From: Christensenella sp.
GTDB taxonomy: Bacteria > Bacillota > Clostridia > Christensenellales > CAG-138
Assembly (NCBI GenBank): GCA_034927595.1
Contig: JAYFPQ010000065.1
Span: 2,994-66,993 of the forward strand
Length of the DNA: 64,000 nt
Direction of reading: 5' to 3'
The notes beneath the pieces were generated by a model. That model was not told the origin of the DNA. It saw nothing but the letters and a program-made list of their open reading frames with translations, and ran no database searches. Positions 56,722-64,000 of this stretch are shown here, piece after piece (positions within the stretch are counted from its first letter, which is position 1; every line of letters starts with the position of its first letter). The position numbers and the translations under genes were made by a program.

Positions 56722-58398
56722 ATGACGAACCGAACCGACATCGAAATTGCGCAGGAATCGCAGATGCAGCCAATATTCGAAATCGCAAAGGGATTGGGCA
56801 TCGACGAGCGATATCTAGAGCAATACGGCAAATACAAAGCGAAGATTGATTACAATCTTTTAAACGAATACAGCGCGCGACTGGACGGGAAGTTGATTCT
56901 CGTTACGGCGATTTCGCCGACCCCGGCGGGCGAAGGAAAGACGACCACGACGGTCGGCCTCGCAGACGGACTGCGTAGGATTGGAAAGAAAGCGGTCGTT
57001 GCGTTGCGCGAACCGTCGCTTGGGCCGGTGTTCGGGGTCAAGGGCGGCGCAGCGGGCGGCGGCTATGCGCAGGTTGTCCCCATGGAGGACATCAACCTGC
57101 ACTTTACGGGGGATTTTCACGCCATCGGCGCTGCAAACAACCTGCTCGCGGCCATGCTGGACAACCATATCTATCAGGGCAACGCGTTGGGCATCGATCC
57201 GCGACGGATCACCTGGCGGCGCTGCGTGGACATGAACGACCGGCAACTGCGCTTCGTGGTGGACGGTCTTGGAGGGCGCGTCAATGGCGTGCCCCGTGAG
57301 GATGGCTACGACATCACCGTCGCCAGCGAGGTTATGGCGGTGCTCTGCCTCGCGTCGGATATTGCGGACTTGAAACAGCGGCTCAGCCGTATTATCGTTG
57401 GCTACACCTACGCCGAGCAGCCCGTGACCGCGGGCGACCGGCACGCCGAGGGCGCGATGACCGCACTATTAAAGGATGCGCTCAAGCCGAATCTGGTGCA
57501 GACGCTCGAACACACGCCCGCGTTTGTGCACGGCGGGCCGTTTGCCAACATTGCGCATGGCTGCAACTCGCTGCTGGCTACGCGCATGGCGCTCAAACTC
57601 GGCGAGTACGCGGTGACGGAGGCGGGCTTTGGCGCGGATCTCGGCGCGGAGAAATTTTTAGACATCAAGTGCCGCATGGCGGGGCTCAAACCCGCGGCGG
57701 TAGTCGTCGTTGCGACGGTTCGCGCGCTCAAGCATCACGGTGGCGTGCCGAAGGATCAGCTTAACGTTGAGAACCTTGATGCGCTCGAAAAAGGACTACC
57801 GAACCTGCTCCAGCACGTGAGCAACATCAAAAACGTGTTCCATCTGCCCTGCGTGGTGGCGATCAACGCGTTCCCGACGGACACGAAGGCCGAGTTGGAC
57901 CTCGTAGAAGCGCGCTGCAAGGAACTCGGCGTCAACGCCGCGCTCTCCGAGGTTTGGGCAAAGGGCGGCGAGGGCGGAAAGGCGCTTGCCGAAGAGGTCT
58001 GCCGCATTGCGGAGCAGCCGAACGAGTTTTCCCAGAGCTACGAACTGGATCTGACAATTGAAGAAAAGATTTCTGCCATTGTAAAGCAGGTTTACCACGG
58101 CGAAGGCGCCGTGCTGACCCCGCAGGCGCGCCAGCAGGCGCAGAAGCTCGCGGAGCTTGGCTTTGGTGGGCTGCCGATCTGTATGGCGAAGACGCAGTAT
58201 TCTTTCTCGGACAACGCCGCGCTGCTCGGCGCGCCAAGCGGGTTTACCGTGACGGTGCGTAACCTTAAGGTCAGTGCGGGCGCGGGCTTCATCGTTGCGC
58301 TCACGGGGGACATCATGACCATGCCGGGGCTGCCGAAGTCGCCCGCCGCGGAGCGGATCGACGTGGACGAAAACGGAAAGATCAGCGGACTGTTCTAA
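56722..58398 (+). CDS. fhs: formate--tetrahydrofolate ligase
   Basis: GAAGGAG RBS. Motifs [15 protein letters not shown] and [19 protein letters not shown]. 558 aa. Confidence 0.95.
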   Translation: MTNRTDIEIAQESQMQPIFEIAKGLGIDERYLEQYGKYKAKIDYNLLNEYSARLDGKLILVTAISPTPAGEGKTTTTVGLADGLRRIGKKAVVALREPSLGPVFGVKGGAAGGGYAQVVPMEDINLHFTGDFHAIGAANNLLAAMLDNHIYQGNALGIDPRRITWRRCVDMNDRQLRFVVDGLGGRVNGVPREDGYDITVASEVMAVLCLASDIADLKQRLSRIIVGYTYAEQPVTAGDRHAEGAMTALLKDALKPNLVQTLEHTPAFVHGGPFANIAHGCNSLLATRMALKLGEYAVTEAGFGADLGAEKFLDIKCRMAGLKPAAVVVVATVRALKHHGGVPKDQLNVENLDALEKGLPNLLQHVSNIKNVFHLPCVVAINAFPTDTKAELDLVEARCKELGVNAALSEVWAKGGEGGKALAEEVCRIAEQPNEFSQSYELDLTIEEKISAIVKQVYHGEGAVLTPQARQQAQKLAELGFGGLPICMAKTQYSFSDNAALLGAPSGFTVTVRNLKVSAGAGFIVALTGDIMTMPGLPKSPAAERIDVDENGKISGLF

Positions 58399-58432
58399 GC
58401 AAGTAGTTGCGGAACGGAAGACGGAGGAAACG

Positions 58433-59290
58433 ATGGTGAAGATTCTCAAGGGCGCGGAGGTGGTCTCCGCCCTGCATGCGCGGTTGATTCCGCAGGTCGA
58501 AGAGCTGAAGGCAAAGGGCGTTCAGCCGACGCTCGGCATAGTTCGCGTTGGCGAGCGGGCGGACGACGTTGCCTATGAAAAGGGCGCAACCAAGCGCGCA
58601 GAGACGCTGGGCGTCAGTGTGCAAAAGTTTGTGCTTCCCGCTGACGCATCGCAGCAGGAACTGATCGATACCATTCAACGGATCAACGCGGACGCATCGA
58701 TTCACGGTGTGCTGCTCTTTCGGCCGCTGCCAAAGCACATCAACGACGAGGCGGTTCGCGCGGCTCTGCTGCCGGAAAAGGACGTGGACGGCATTACGGA
58801 CGGGTCGCTCGCGGGCGTGTTTGCGGGAACGAAACGCGGTTTTCCGCCCTGCACGGCGCAGGCCTGCATGGAAATTCTGGAGCATTTCGAAATTCCTGTT
58901 GCCGGCAAAAGCGCGGTGGTCATCGGCCGGAGTCTTGTGGTTGGCAAACCCGCCGCGATGATGCTGCTGCAACGAAACGCGACGGTCACGGTTTGCCACA
59001 CGAAGACGGTAGACATGCCGTCCGTCACGAAACAAGCGGACATCCTGATCGTCGCCGCCGGGCGCGCTGGCGTAATCGGCGCGGAGTATGTGAGCGCGGG
59101 GCAGACGGTCATCGACGTCGGCATCAACTTTACGCCGGAGGGTGCGATGGTTGGCGACGCGGATTTCGCCGCTTTGGAACCGATCGTCGAGGCGATTACT
59201 CCGGTTCCGGGCGGGGTTGGCACCGTAACGACCACCGTGCTGATCGGGCACGTCATCGAAGCGGCGCGGCGCGCGGGGGAGCGCGCTTAA
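58433..59290 (+). CDS. folD: bifunctional methylenetetrahydrofolate dehydrogenase/cyclohydrolase
   Basis: GGAGGA RBS. Motifs PEKDVDG, VVIGRSLVVGKP and TPVPGGVGTVTT. Confidence 0.95.
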   Translation: MVKILKGAEVVSALHARLIPQVEELKAKGVQPTLGIVRVGERADDVAYEKGATKRAETLGVSVQKFVLPADASQQELIDTIQRINADASIHGVLLFRPLPKHINDEAVRAALLPEKDVDGITDGSLAGVFAGTKRGFPPCTAQACMEILEHFEIPVAGKSAVVIGRSLVVGKPAAMMLLQRNATVTVCHTKTVDMPSVTKQADILIVAAGRAGVIGAEYVSAGQTVIDVGINFTPEGAMVGDADFAALEPIVEAITPVPGGVGTVTTTVLIGHVIEAARRAGERA

Positions 59291-59329
59291 CCGTCGGGCG
59301 GTCGCATCTTTGGTTGGGGGGATTTTCTC

Positions 59330-60190
59330 ATGAAGCAGAGCAGGGGGCTTAGTTTTTTATTCACCGTTTTGGTGTATCTGGCTGCCATTGCCGTTGGGCT
59401 CTATGTTTACCGGCTGCTGTCGTTTGAACCGATGGTTCGGCTGTTCTTTGCCGACGTTGCGGCAACGGTGGTTGTTTATCTCGTGAGTGTTCCGCTGGGC
59501 AATGCCTCGGTGTACGATCCGTATTGGTCGGTCGCGCCGGTCATACTGCTGCCGTTCGCGATTTCGGAATTCGGCGTGTGGAACGCGGGCAGCATTGCGT
59601 TATTGGTCTGCGTCGCCTACTGGGGCGTCCGCCTGACCGCGAACTGGGCGTATACCTTTCATGGCTACGCGCATCAGGACTGGCGCTATACCATGCTCCG
59701 CGAAAAATCCGGCGCGCTTTTTCCGCTCGTGAGCCTGATGGGCATCATGTTGTTTCCGACGCTGGTCGTGTTCTTTTGCCTGCTGCCCGCGCTGTTCTAC
59801 GTGCAGATGGGCGGAATCAACGCGGTTACCTGCGTCGGATTCGCGTTGTGCCTCTCCGCGGCGACGTTGCAGCTCGTTGCGGATGTGCAGCTGCATCGCT
59901 TTCAGCAAACGTCGAGCCATCGCGGGGCGATTATTCGAACGGGCGTCTGGAAGAACGCGCGGCACCCGAACTATCTTGGTGAAATCCTGATGTGGTGGGG
60001 CGTGTACGTCGTGCTGCTCTCCGTCTCTCCGCGGCTCTGGCCGCTGGGCATCGGCGCGCTGACGAACACGTTGATGTTCCTATTCATAAGCATTCCGATG
60101 GCGGAAACACGACTCGCCGGGTATAAGGAAGGGTTTTCCGATTACATCGCGGAGACGAACCGCCTGCTGCCGATCAAGCGAAACAAATAG
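59330..60190 (+). CDS. DUF1295 / steroid-5-alpha-reductase-like membrane protein
   Basis: Polytopic. C-terminal motif WKNARHPNYLGEILMWWG. Confidence 0.8.
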   Translation: MKQSRGLSFLFTVLVYLAAIAVGLYVYRLLSFEPMVRLFFADVAATVVVYLVSVPLGNASVYDPYWSVAPVILLPFAISEFGVWNAGSIALLVCVAYWGVRLTANWAYTFHGYAHQDWRYTMLREKSGALFPLVSLMGIMLFPTLVVFFCLLPALFYVQMGGINAVTCVGFALCLSAATLQLVADVQLHRFQQTSSHRGAIIRTGVWKNARHPNYLGEILMWWGVYVVLLSVSPRLWPLGIGALTNTLMFLFISIPMAETRLAGYKEGFSDYIAETNRLLPIKRNK

Positions 60191-60251
60191 GAGCGCTTGC
60201 AGAAGCGCCCCCAGTTTGGATCATCACTTTCTTGTTGAACGAGCGAGTATC

Positions 60252-61190
60252 CTACTTCGCTGTTTGCAGCAGAAACTCGTGAACCATCGGATTCACAACC
60301 TCCGGCTGCTCCAGCGGCAGGATATGCCCCGCATGCGGAACGACCGTAAGCTCGGCGGGTTGTCCGCTTTCGCGAGCAAGCTGGACAGCACGTTCCATTT
60401 CGCTCTGCTTGACAAGCTTGCTCTCCGCACCCCGCAGCCAGAGCGTTGGGCAGGAGATCCGCGGAATCTGGTCGAGCAGGTTCCAGTATAGCCGAAACGG
60501 GCCGATTACGCCGTCCAACTGCCAATCGTCCATGTCGTTCTCATGACAGTCGAATTTTCCCTTGATCTCGTCCATCAAAATCGAAACCAGCCGATCCGGA
60601 TCGGTGGGCGTTGACCCGCCGACGTAGATCGTATCGAGCAGCTTTCGGACCGCAGCGCGGTCTTTTTTTACGTAGCTTTTGCTTAAGATGCGCAGCATGC
60701 CGGGCGTCTTGATGTAAAGCCAGGTAACAAATTGCGCGTCCAGCTTTTCGCCAAGTCCGCCGGGCTCGAAGAGCACCATCGACTGCACCCGATCCGGGTG
60801 CTGCGCGGCGTAGCCAATCGAAAGCGCGCCGCCCATCGAGAGCCCAACGAGCTGAAAACGCCGCAATTGCAACGCGTCGAACACGCCGTCCAGTATCTCT
60901 AGCAGTTTTGCCTGATTCAGCACGCCTTCCCATGGGCGCGACTTCCCGTGCCGCGGCGTGTCGACGGCAAACACGTGATGGCTCTCCGCCAGATACGGAA
61001 AGAGCTGGTCCCAGATGAACCGCGACTCGTCGTACATTGCCCCATGCAGCAGCACGATGGCGGGGGACTCGGGATCGCCCGCCTCGTAGACGCAGACCGG
61101 CCCGCCGCAAACGGTGAGCAGGTGGGTCTGCAAACCTGGCACGCCCTCAATACCGCCGGAATACATTGATTTATCCATATTAGTAGACAT
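60252..61190 (-). CDS. alpha/beta hydrolase
   Basis: LLHGAMY oxyanion region. Nucleophile elbow GLSMGG. C-terminal AGHILP. The RBS overlaps the end of the TetR gene. Confidence 0.8.
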   Translation of the reverse strand: MSTNMDKSMYSGGIEGVPGLQTHLLTVCGGPVCVYEAGDPESPAIVLLHGAMYDESRFIWDQLFPYLAESHHVFAVDTPRHGKSRPWEGVLNQAKLLEILDGVFDALQLRRFQLVGLSMGGALSIGYAAQHPDRVQSMVLFEPGGLGEKLDAQFVTWLYIKTPGMLRILSKSYVKKDRAAVRKLLDTIYVGGSTPTDPDRLVSILMDEIKGKFDCHENDMDDWQLDGVIGPFRLYWNLLDQIPRISCPTLWLRGAESKLVKQSEMERAVQLARESGQPAELTVVPHAGHILPLEQPEVVNPMVHEFLLQTAK

Positions 61191-61201
61191 ATTTTGTTAG
61201 C

Positions 61202-61846
61202 CTACCTTTCTGCCGACGTATCTGCCGGCTGTCGATCGTTACGGAGTAGCGTTTCCAGCACGTCGACCCAACGCGCAAAGCCCTGCTCCAACGAATCCGG
61301 GTCGTCACTGGTTTGGTGCAGCATCTGCTCCAGATACCCCTGCGAAACCCAATAGATCAGCTGCGCGACGGTCTCCGGGGAAACGTCCGGGCGCAGGGTT
61401 CGATACAGAGCGGCGTTCGACGCAGCGCCCGCGTCGCCCTGAGAAGACGGATAGCGGACGAGCTCCTGCCGAACGAGTTCCTGCACGAACGGATCGGGGT
61501 CGAACGCGGCGGTATACGAGAACCGGTAAATCCACGGATACTGCCGAAACAGGGCAAGCCGGGATTTCGCGTTGTTGCGTAACACGGAGAACACGTCGTC
61601 CTCCGCGCTGCCCTGCGTGCGGGCAAGCGCGTCCGCCTCGAGAATGCTGTCCGAGGCGAGACGAAACAGCCGGAGGTAGAGGTTCTCCTTGGTCGAAAAG
61701 TACTTGAATAGTACGCTTTTCGACACCTGCGCGGCGTCCGCAATGTCCCGCATGGAGGCTTTCTGGTAGCCGTGCTTGGCAAATACCTCGCAGGCGGCGT
61801 TGAGGATCGATAACTGTTTTTCCTGTTCTAATTTCTCGAAGGCCAT
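61202..61846 (-). CDS. TetR/AcrR family transcriptional regulator
   Basis: HTH block ILNAACEVFAKHGYQKASMRDIADAAQVSKSVLFKYF. Start placed at MAFEKLE. Confidence 0.85.
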   Translation of the reverse strand: MAFEKLEQEKQLSILNAACEVFAKHGYQKASMRDIADAAQVSKSVLFKYFSTKENLYLRLFRLASDSILEADALARTQGSAEDDVFSVLRNNAKSRLALFRQYPWIYRFSYTAAFDPDPFVQELVRQELVRYPSSQGDAGAASNAALYRTLRPDVSPETVAQLIYWVSQGYLEQMLHQTSDDPDSLEQGFARWVDVLETLLRNDRQPADTSAER

Positions 61847-61998
61847 AGGGGGCACTCTGCTCCTTTCGAACACGCCAAACCGTGACCGATACGGTCACGA
61901 TAAGAATATAGCACTTGACTGCATATCTGTAAAGAGGAATTCTGATGCCGAGCAAAAGAAAAAACCGGGCAACAAGCCCGGTGAATAGCACGCAATGT

Positions 61999-62784
61999 TC
62001 AGATCATTTCTTTTTTCGAAAGATACAGCTGCACCAATTGAGGGATTTCGATTGTTCCGCCGTGTTGATTCAGATAAGCGGTGGTTTCTTCCAGAATGGC
62101 CGTCTGCTGCTCGGGGCGGATGGAATGGAAGTCCGAGTAGGAGTTGATGAGCTTGCAGTAGCGCTCGGTCGAATAGGAATCCACCCAGCGGTACTCTTTG
62201 TAGACCGGATCGCCAAAGAGATTCTGTGTCTGCGAAAGCTGCAACCGCTGCTGATGCACTTCATTCGCCTGCTCTTCGGTGCAGTAGTCGTCCAGCTCTG
62301 GCGCAAGCCTTCGTTCGATAGCGCGAACGCTTTTCTCTCGCTCGGTCTGCGCCTCAACGACGGACTCCATGTGCCAGAATGCTGCGAGCACACCGCCTTC
62401 CTTCAACAATCGATACGCTTTCGGGTACCCGACCAGCGGGTCGATCCAGTGAAATGCGGTTGCGGAGAACACCAGATCAAACGATCCGTCCTCCGCCGCG
62501 AAATCCTCAAACGGCGCGCAGACACAGCGTAGATTGGAATATCCGGCAAACTTTTGCTCCAGATAAGCGACCTGTGGCAAAGAGATTTCGAGCGCGGTCA
62601 CGTCGTATCCGTTTTGTACGAAATAGCTTGTCGCCTGTCCCGGCCCTGCGCCGATTTCGAGAATCCGCGCATGCTTTGGCAGATTCGCGAACGAGACGAT
62701 ATCGCGAAACAGCGCGTCCGGATAGCCGGGACGCGCCGCCGCGTAATCCTCAATGATGGTTTGAAACACATCCTTGTTTCGCAT
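61999..62784 (-). CDS. class I SAM-dependent methyltransferase
   Basis: Motif I ILEIGAGPGQAT. Post-II motif FDLVFSATAFHW. Confidence 0.8.
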   Translation of the reverse strand: MRNKDVFQTIIEDYAAARPGYPDALFRDIVSFANLPKHARILEIGAGPGQATSYFVQNGYDVTALEISLPQVAYLEQKFAGYSNLRCVCAPFEDFAAEDGSFDLVFSATAFHWIDPLVGYPKAYRLLKEGGVLAAFWHMESVVEAQTEREKSVRAIERRLAPELDDYCTEEQANEVHQQRLQLSQTQNLFGDPVYKEYRWVDSYSTERYCKLINSYSDFHSIRPEQQTAILEETTAYLNQHGGTIEIPQLVQLYLSKKEMI

Positions 62785-62838
62785 AGAACGCCTTATGTTA
62801 CTATTTTGAATTGAGAGAAGGAGAACGATTCTTCTCGC

Positions 62839-63291
62839 TTATTCAACCGTATTTTTCTCCAGATAGACAAACGTCAATCCGGGAGCCGCCTGTCGCTCGG
62901 CAAAGCGACGGTACCCTAGCCGCTCGTAGAGGCGAAGATTGTGCTCGCTTTTGTTGCTCGTAAAGAGCTCATAACGAGCAGCGGGACAAACCTCTTCTAC
63001 GGCGAGCAGCAGCGAAGAGCCGATTCCTTTGCCTTGTTGTGATGGATGCACGATGAGTTTGCCGACAAATACGGTGCCGCCCTGCTCGTAGGCGCGAACG
63101 GAGCCGAGGATCGTTTCTCCCTCCGTCGCTTTGAGGATCGCGCCGCGGGCGAACTCCTCCTGCACGCTCTCGAGCGATTGCGTGAGCGGCGGAATCGAGA
63201 AATTCTGGAGAAGCGCCGCCTCGCTTTGATACGCGAGGTACTGCAACGCCAGAATCTCCGGCAAATCATCGTAGGTGGCCTGCGAAATCAT
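62839..63291 (-). CDS. GNAT family N-acetyltransferase
   Basis: Acetyl-CoA motif VHPSQQGKGIGSSLL. The ATG at 63291 with GAGGAA is preferred over the TTG at 63324. Confidence 0.8.
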   Translation of the reverse strand: MISQATYDDLPEILALQYLAYQSEAALLQNFSIPPLTQSLESVQEEFARGAILKATEGETILGSVRAYEQGGTVFVGKLIVHPSQQGKGIGSSLLLAVEEVCPAARYELFTSNKSEHNLRLYERLGYRRFAERQAAPGLTFVYLEKNTVE

Positions 63292-63330
63292 GTAACGTTC
63301 CTCAATGCTGGCAAGTTCTTCCAAAACGGA

Positions 63331-64000
63331 TTACAGACTCCATTCCACACAGCAGTTGCCGCTGCCGTTCTTCGCCTGATACATTGCCTGATCTGCGGCT
63401 TTGAGCATAGCGTCCGCGGACGCGGCGGAAGCGTTGTCGCAAATGCCGATGCTGACGACCAGCGGAATGTTGCACTTGGCTCCACAGGAGACGCTCTGCG
63501 CTTCGGCGGATCGGAGAATGCGGTTGGCAATCTCGGTCGCCTCGCGCTTTGCGATGCCGGGGAGGAGCGCGACGAACTCGTCGCCGCCCAGCCGCGCAAT
63601 TGCGTCCTCATGGCGCAGCGTGCCGGTGAGCAACTCCGCAAACGCGACCAATACGCGATCGCCCGTGTCGTGACCATAGGTATCGTTGATGCTCTTGAAC
63701 TTATCCAGATCCATCATCAAAACAGAGAGGGAAGTGCCCGTTACCGCGCACTGCTGAAACTGCGCGGCGAAGGTTTCCTGAAAACTCTCGCGATTGAGCA
63801 GCCCCGTCAGGCTGTCCGTTTCGGCCTTTGCTTTCAGCGCGAACTCCTGGAGCCGATCGGCGGTTTTGTCATTCATAATGGAGACCGACCCAACGAACAC
63901 GCCTTTGCCGGACTGCAGCTGATAGACGCGAATATGGATGTAGTGTTCTCTTGGGTGCAACAGGTGCAATTCGACCTCGCCGACCGCGTTTTGCTTTGTC
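63331..64000 (-). CDS. diguanylate cyclase (GGDEF), N-terminus outside the window
   Basis: Motifs DSLTGLLNR, LDKFKSINDTYGHDTGD and the active site RLGGDEF. The frame stays open through nt 64000. Confidence 0.85.
   Translation of the reverse strand, partial: TKQNAVGEVELHLLHPREHYIHIRVYQLQSGKGVFVGSVSIMNDKTADRLQEFALKAKAETDSLTGLLNRESFQETFAAQFQQCAVTGTSLSVLMMDLDKFKSINDTYGHDTGDRVLVAFAELLTGTLRHEDAIARLGGDEFVALLPGIAKREATEIANRILRSAEAQSVSCGAKCNIPLVVSIGICDNASAASADAMLKAADQAMYQAKNGSGNCCVEWSL

Overview
The window is a high-GC chromosomal segment with GGAGG-type ribosome-binding sites. Its gene content looks like an anaerobic Firmicute of the Clostridia (Oscillospiraceae/Ruminococcaceae-like): Rex, two-subunit class I fumarase, Fhs/FolD, DegV, Lgt. 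That placement is an inference from gene content only. I support about 55 protein-coding genes and found no rRNA, tRNA or CRISPR array. Most are ordinary housekeeping or accessory genes: FdrA/DUF1116/cyclase, uracil permease, Fe-ADH plus Rex, AraC, purA-purB next to fumarase, a Zur-ZnuABC zinc operon, DegV/DUF1836, PAS-HD-GYP, UvsE, Nudix, Lgt, a MacB/FtsX-type ABC pair, GH2 and GH16 glycosidases, ACT/UPF0210, Fhs-FolD, a TetR-hydrolase pair, methyltransferases, GNAT and GGDEF. Four regions stand out. (1) At 24821-31804 a translationally coupled three-gene operon is built around a 1553-aa protein. It combines an HD domain, a long helical-repeat region, a NadD/HIGH-type nucleotidyltransferase and a degenerate PRTase-like domain. 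An LDH/MDH-like dehydrogenase and a tandem flavodoxin-like protein follow. I know of no characterised function, and it is my best candidate for an undescribed system. (2) At 15681-20645 lies a redox island: ApbE, a NapH-like polyferredoxin with two or three flavinylation motifs, an XRE-HTH fused to a complete desulfoferrodoxin-like domain (preceded by a duplicated-start uORF), and two flavodoxin-like genes. (3) At 5749-7695 sits an orphan three-gene phage tail-fibre module with no other phage genes nearby. (4) At about 51572-54130 a visibly AT-richer island carries an IS3-family transposase relic and a large polytopic membrane protein. The many long Arg/Pro/Ala-rich ORFs antisense to real genes are high-GC artefacts. 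All domain calls rest on motif recognition by eye; no database search was run.
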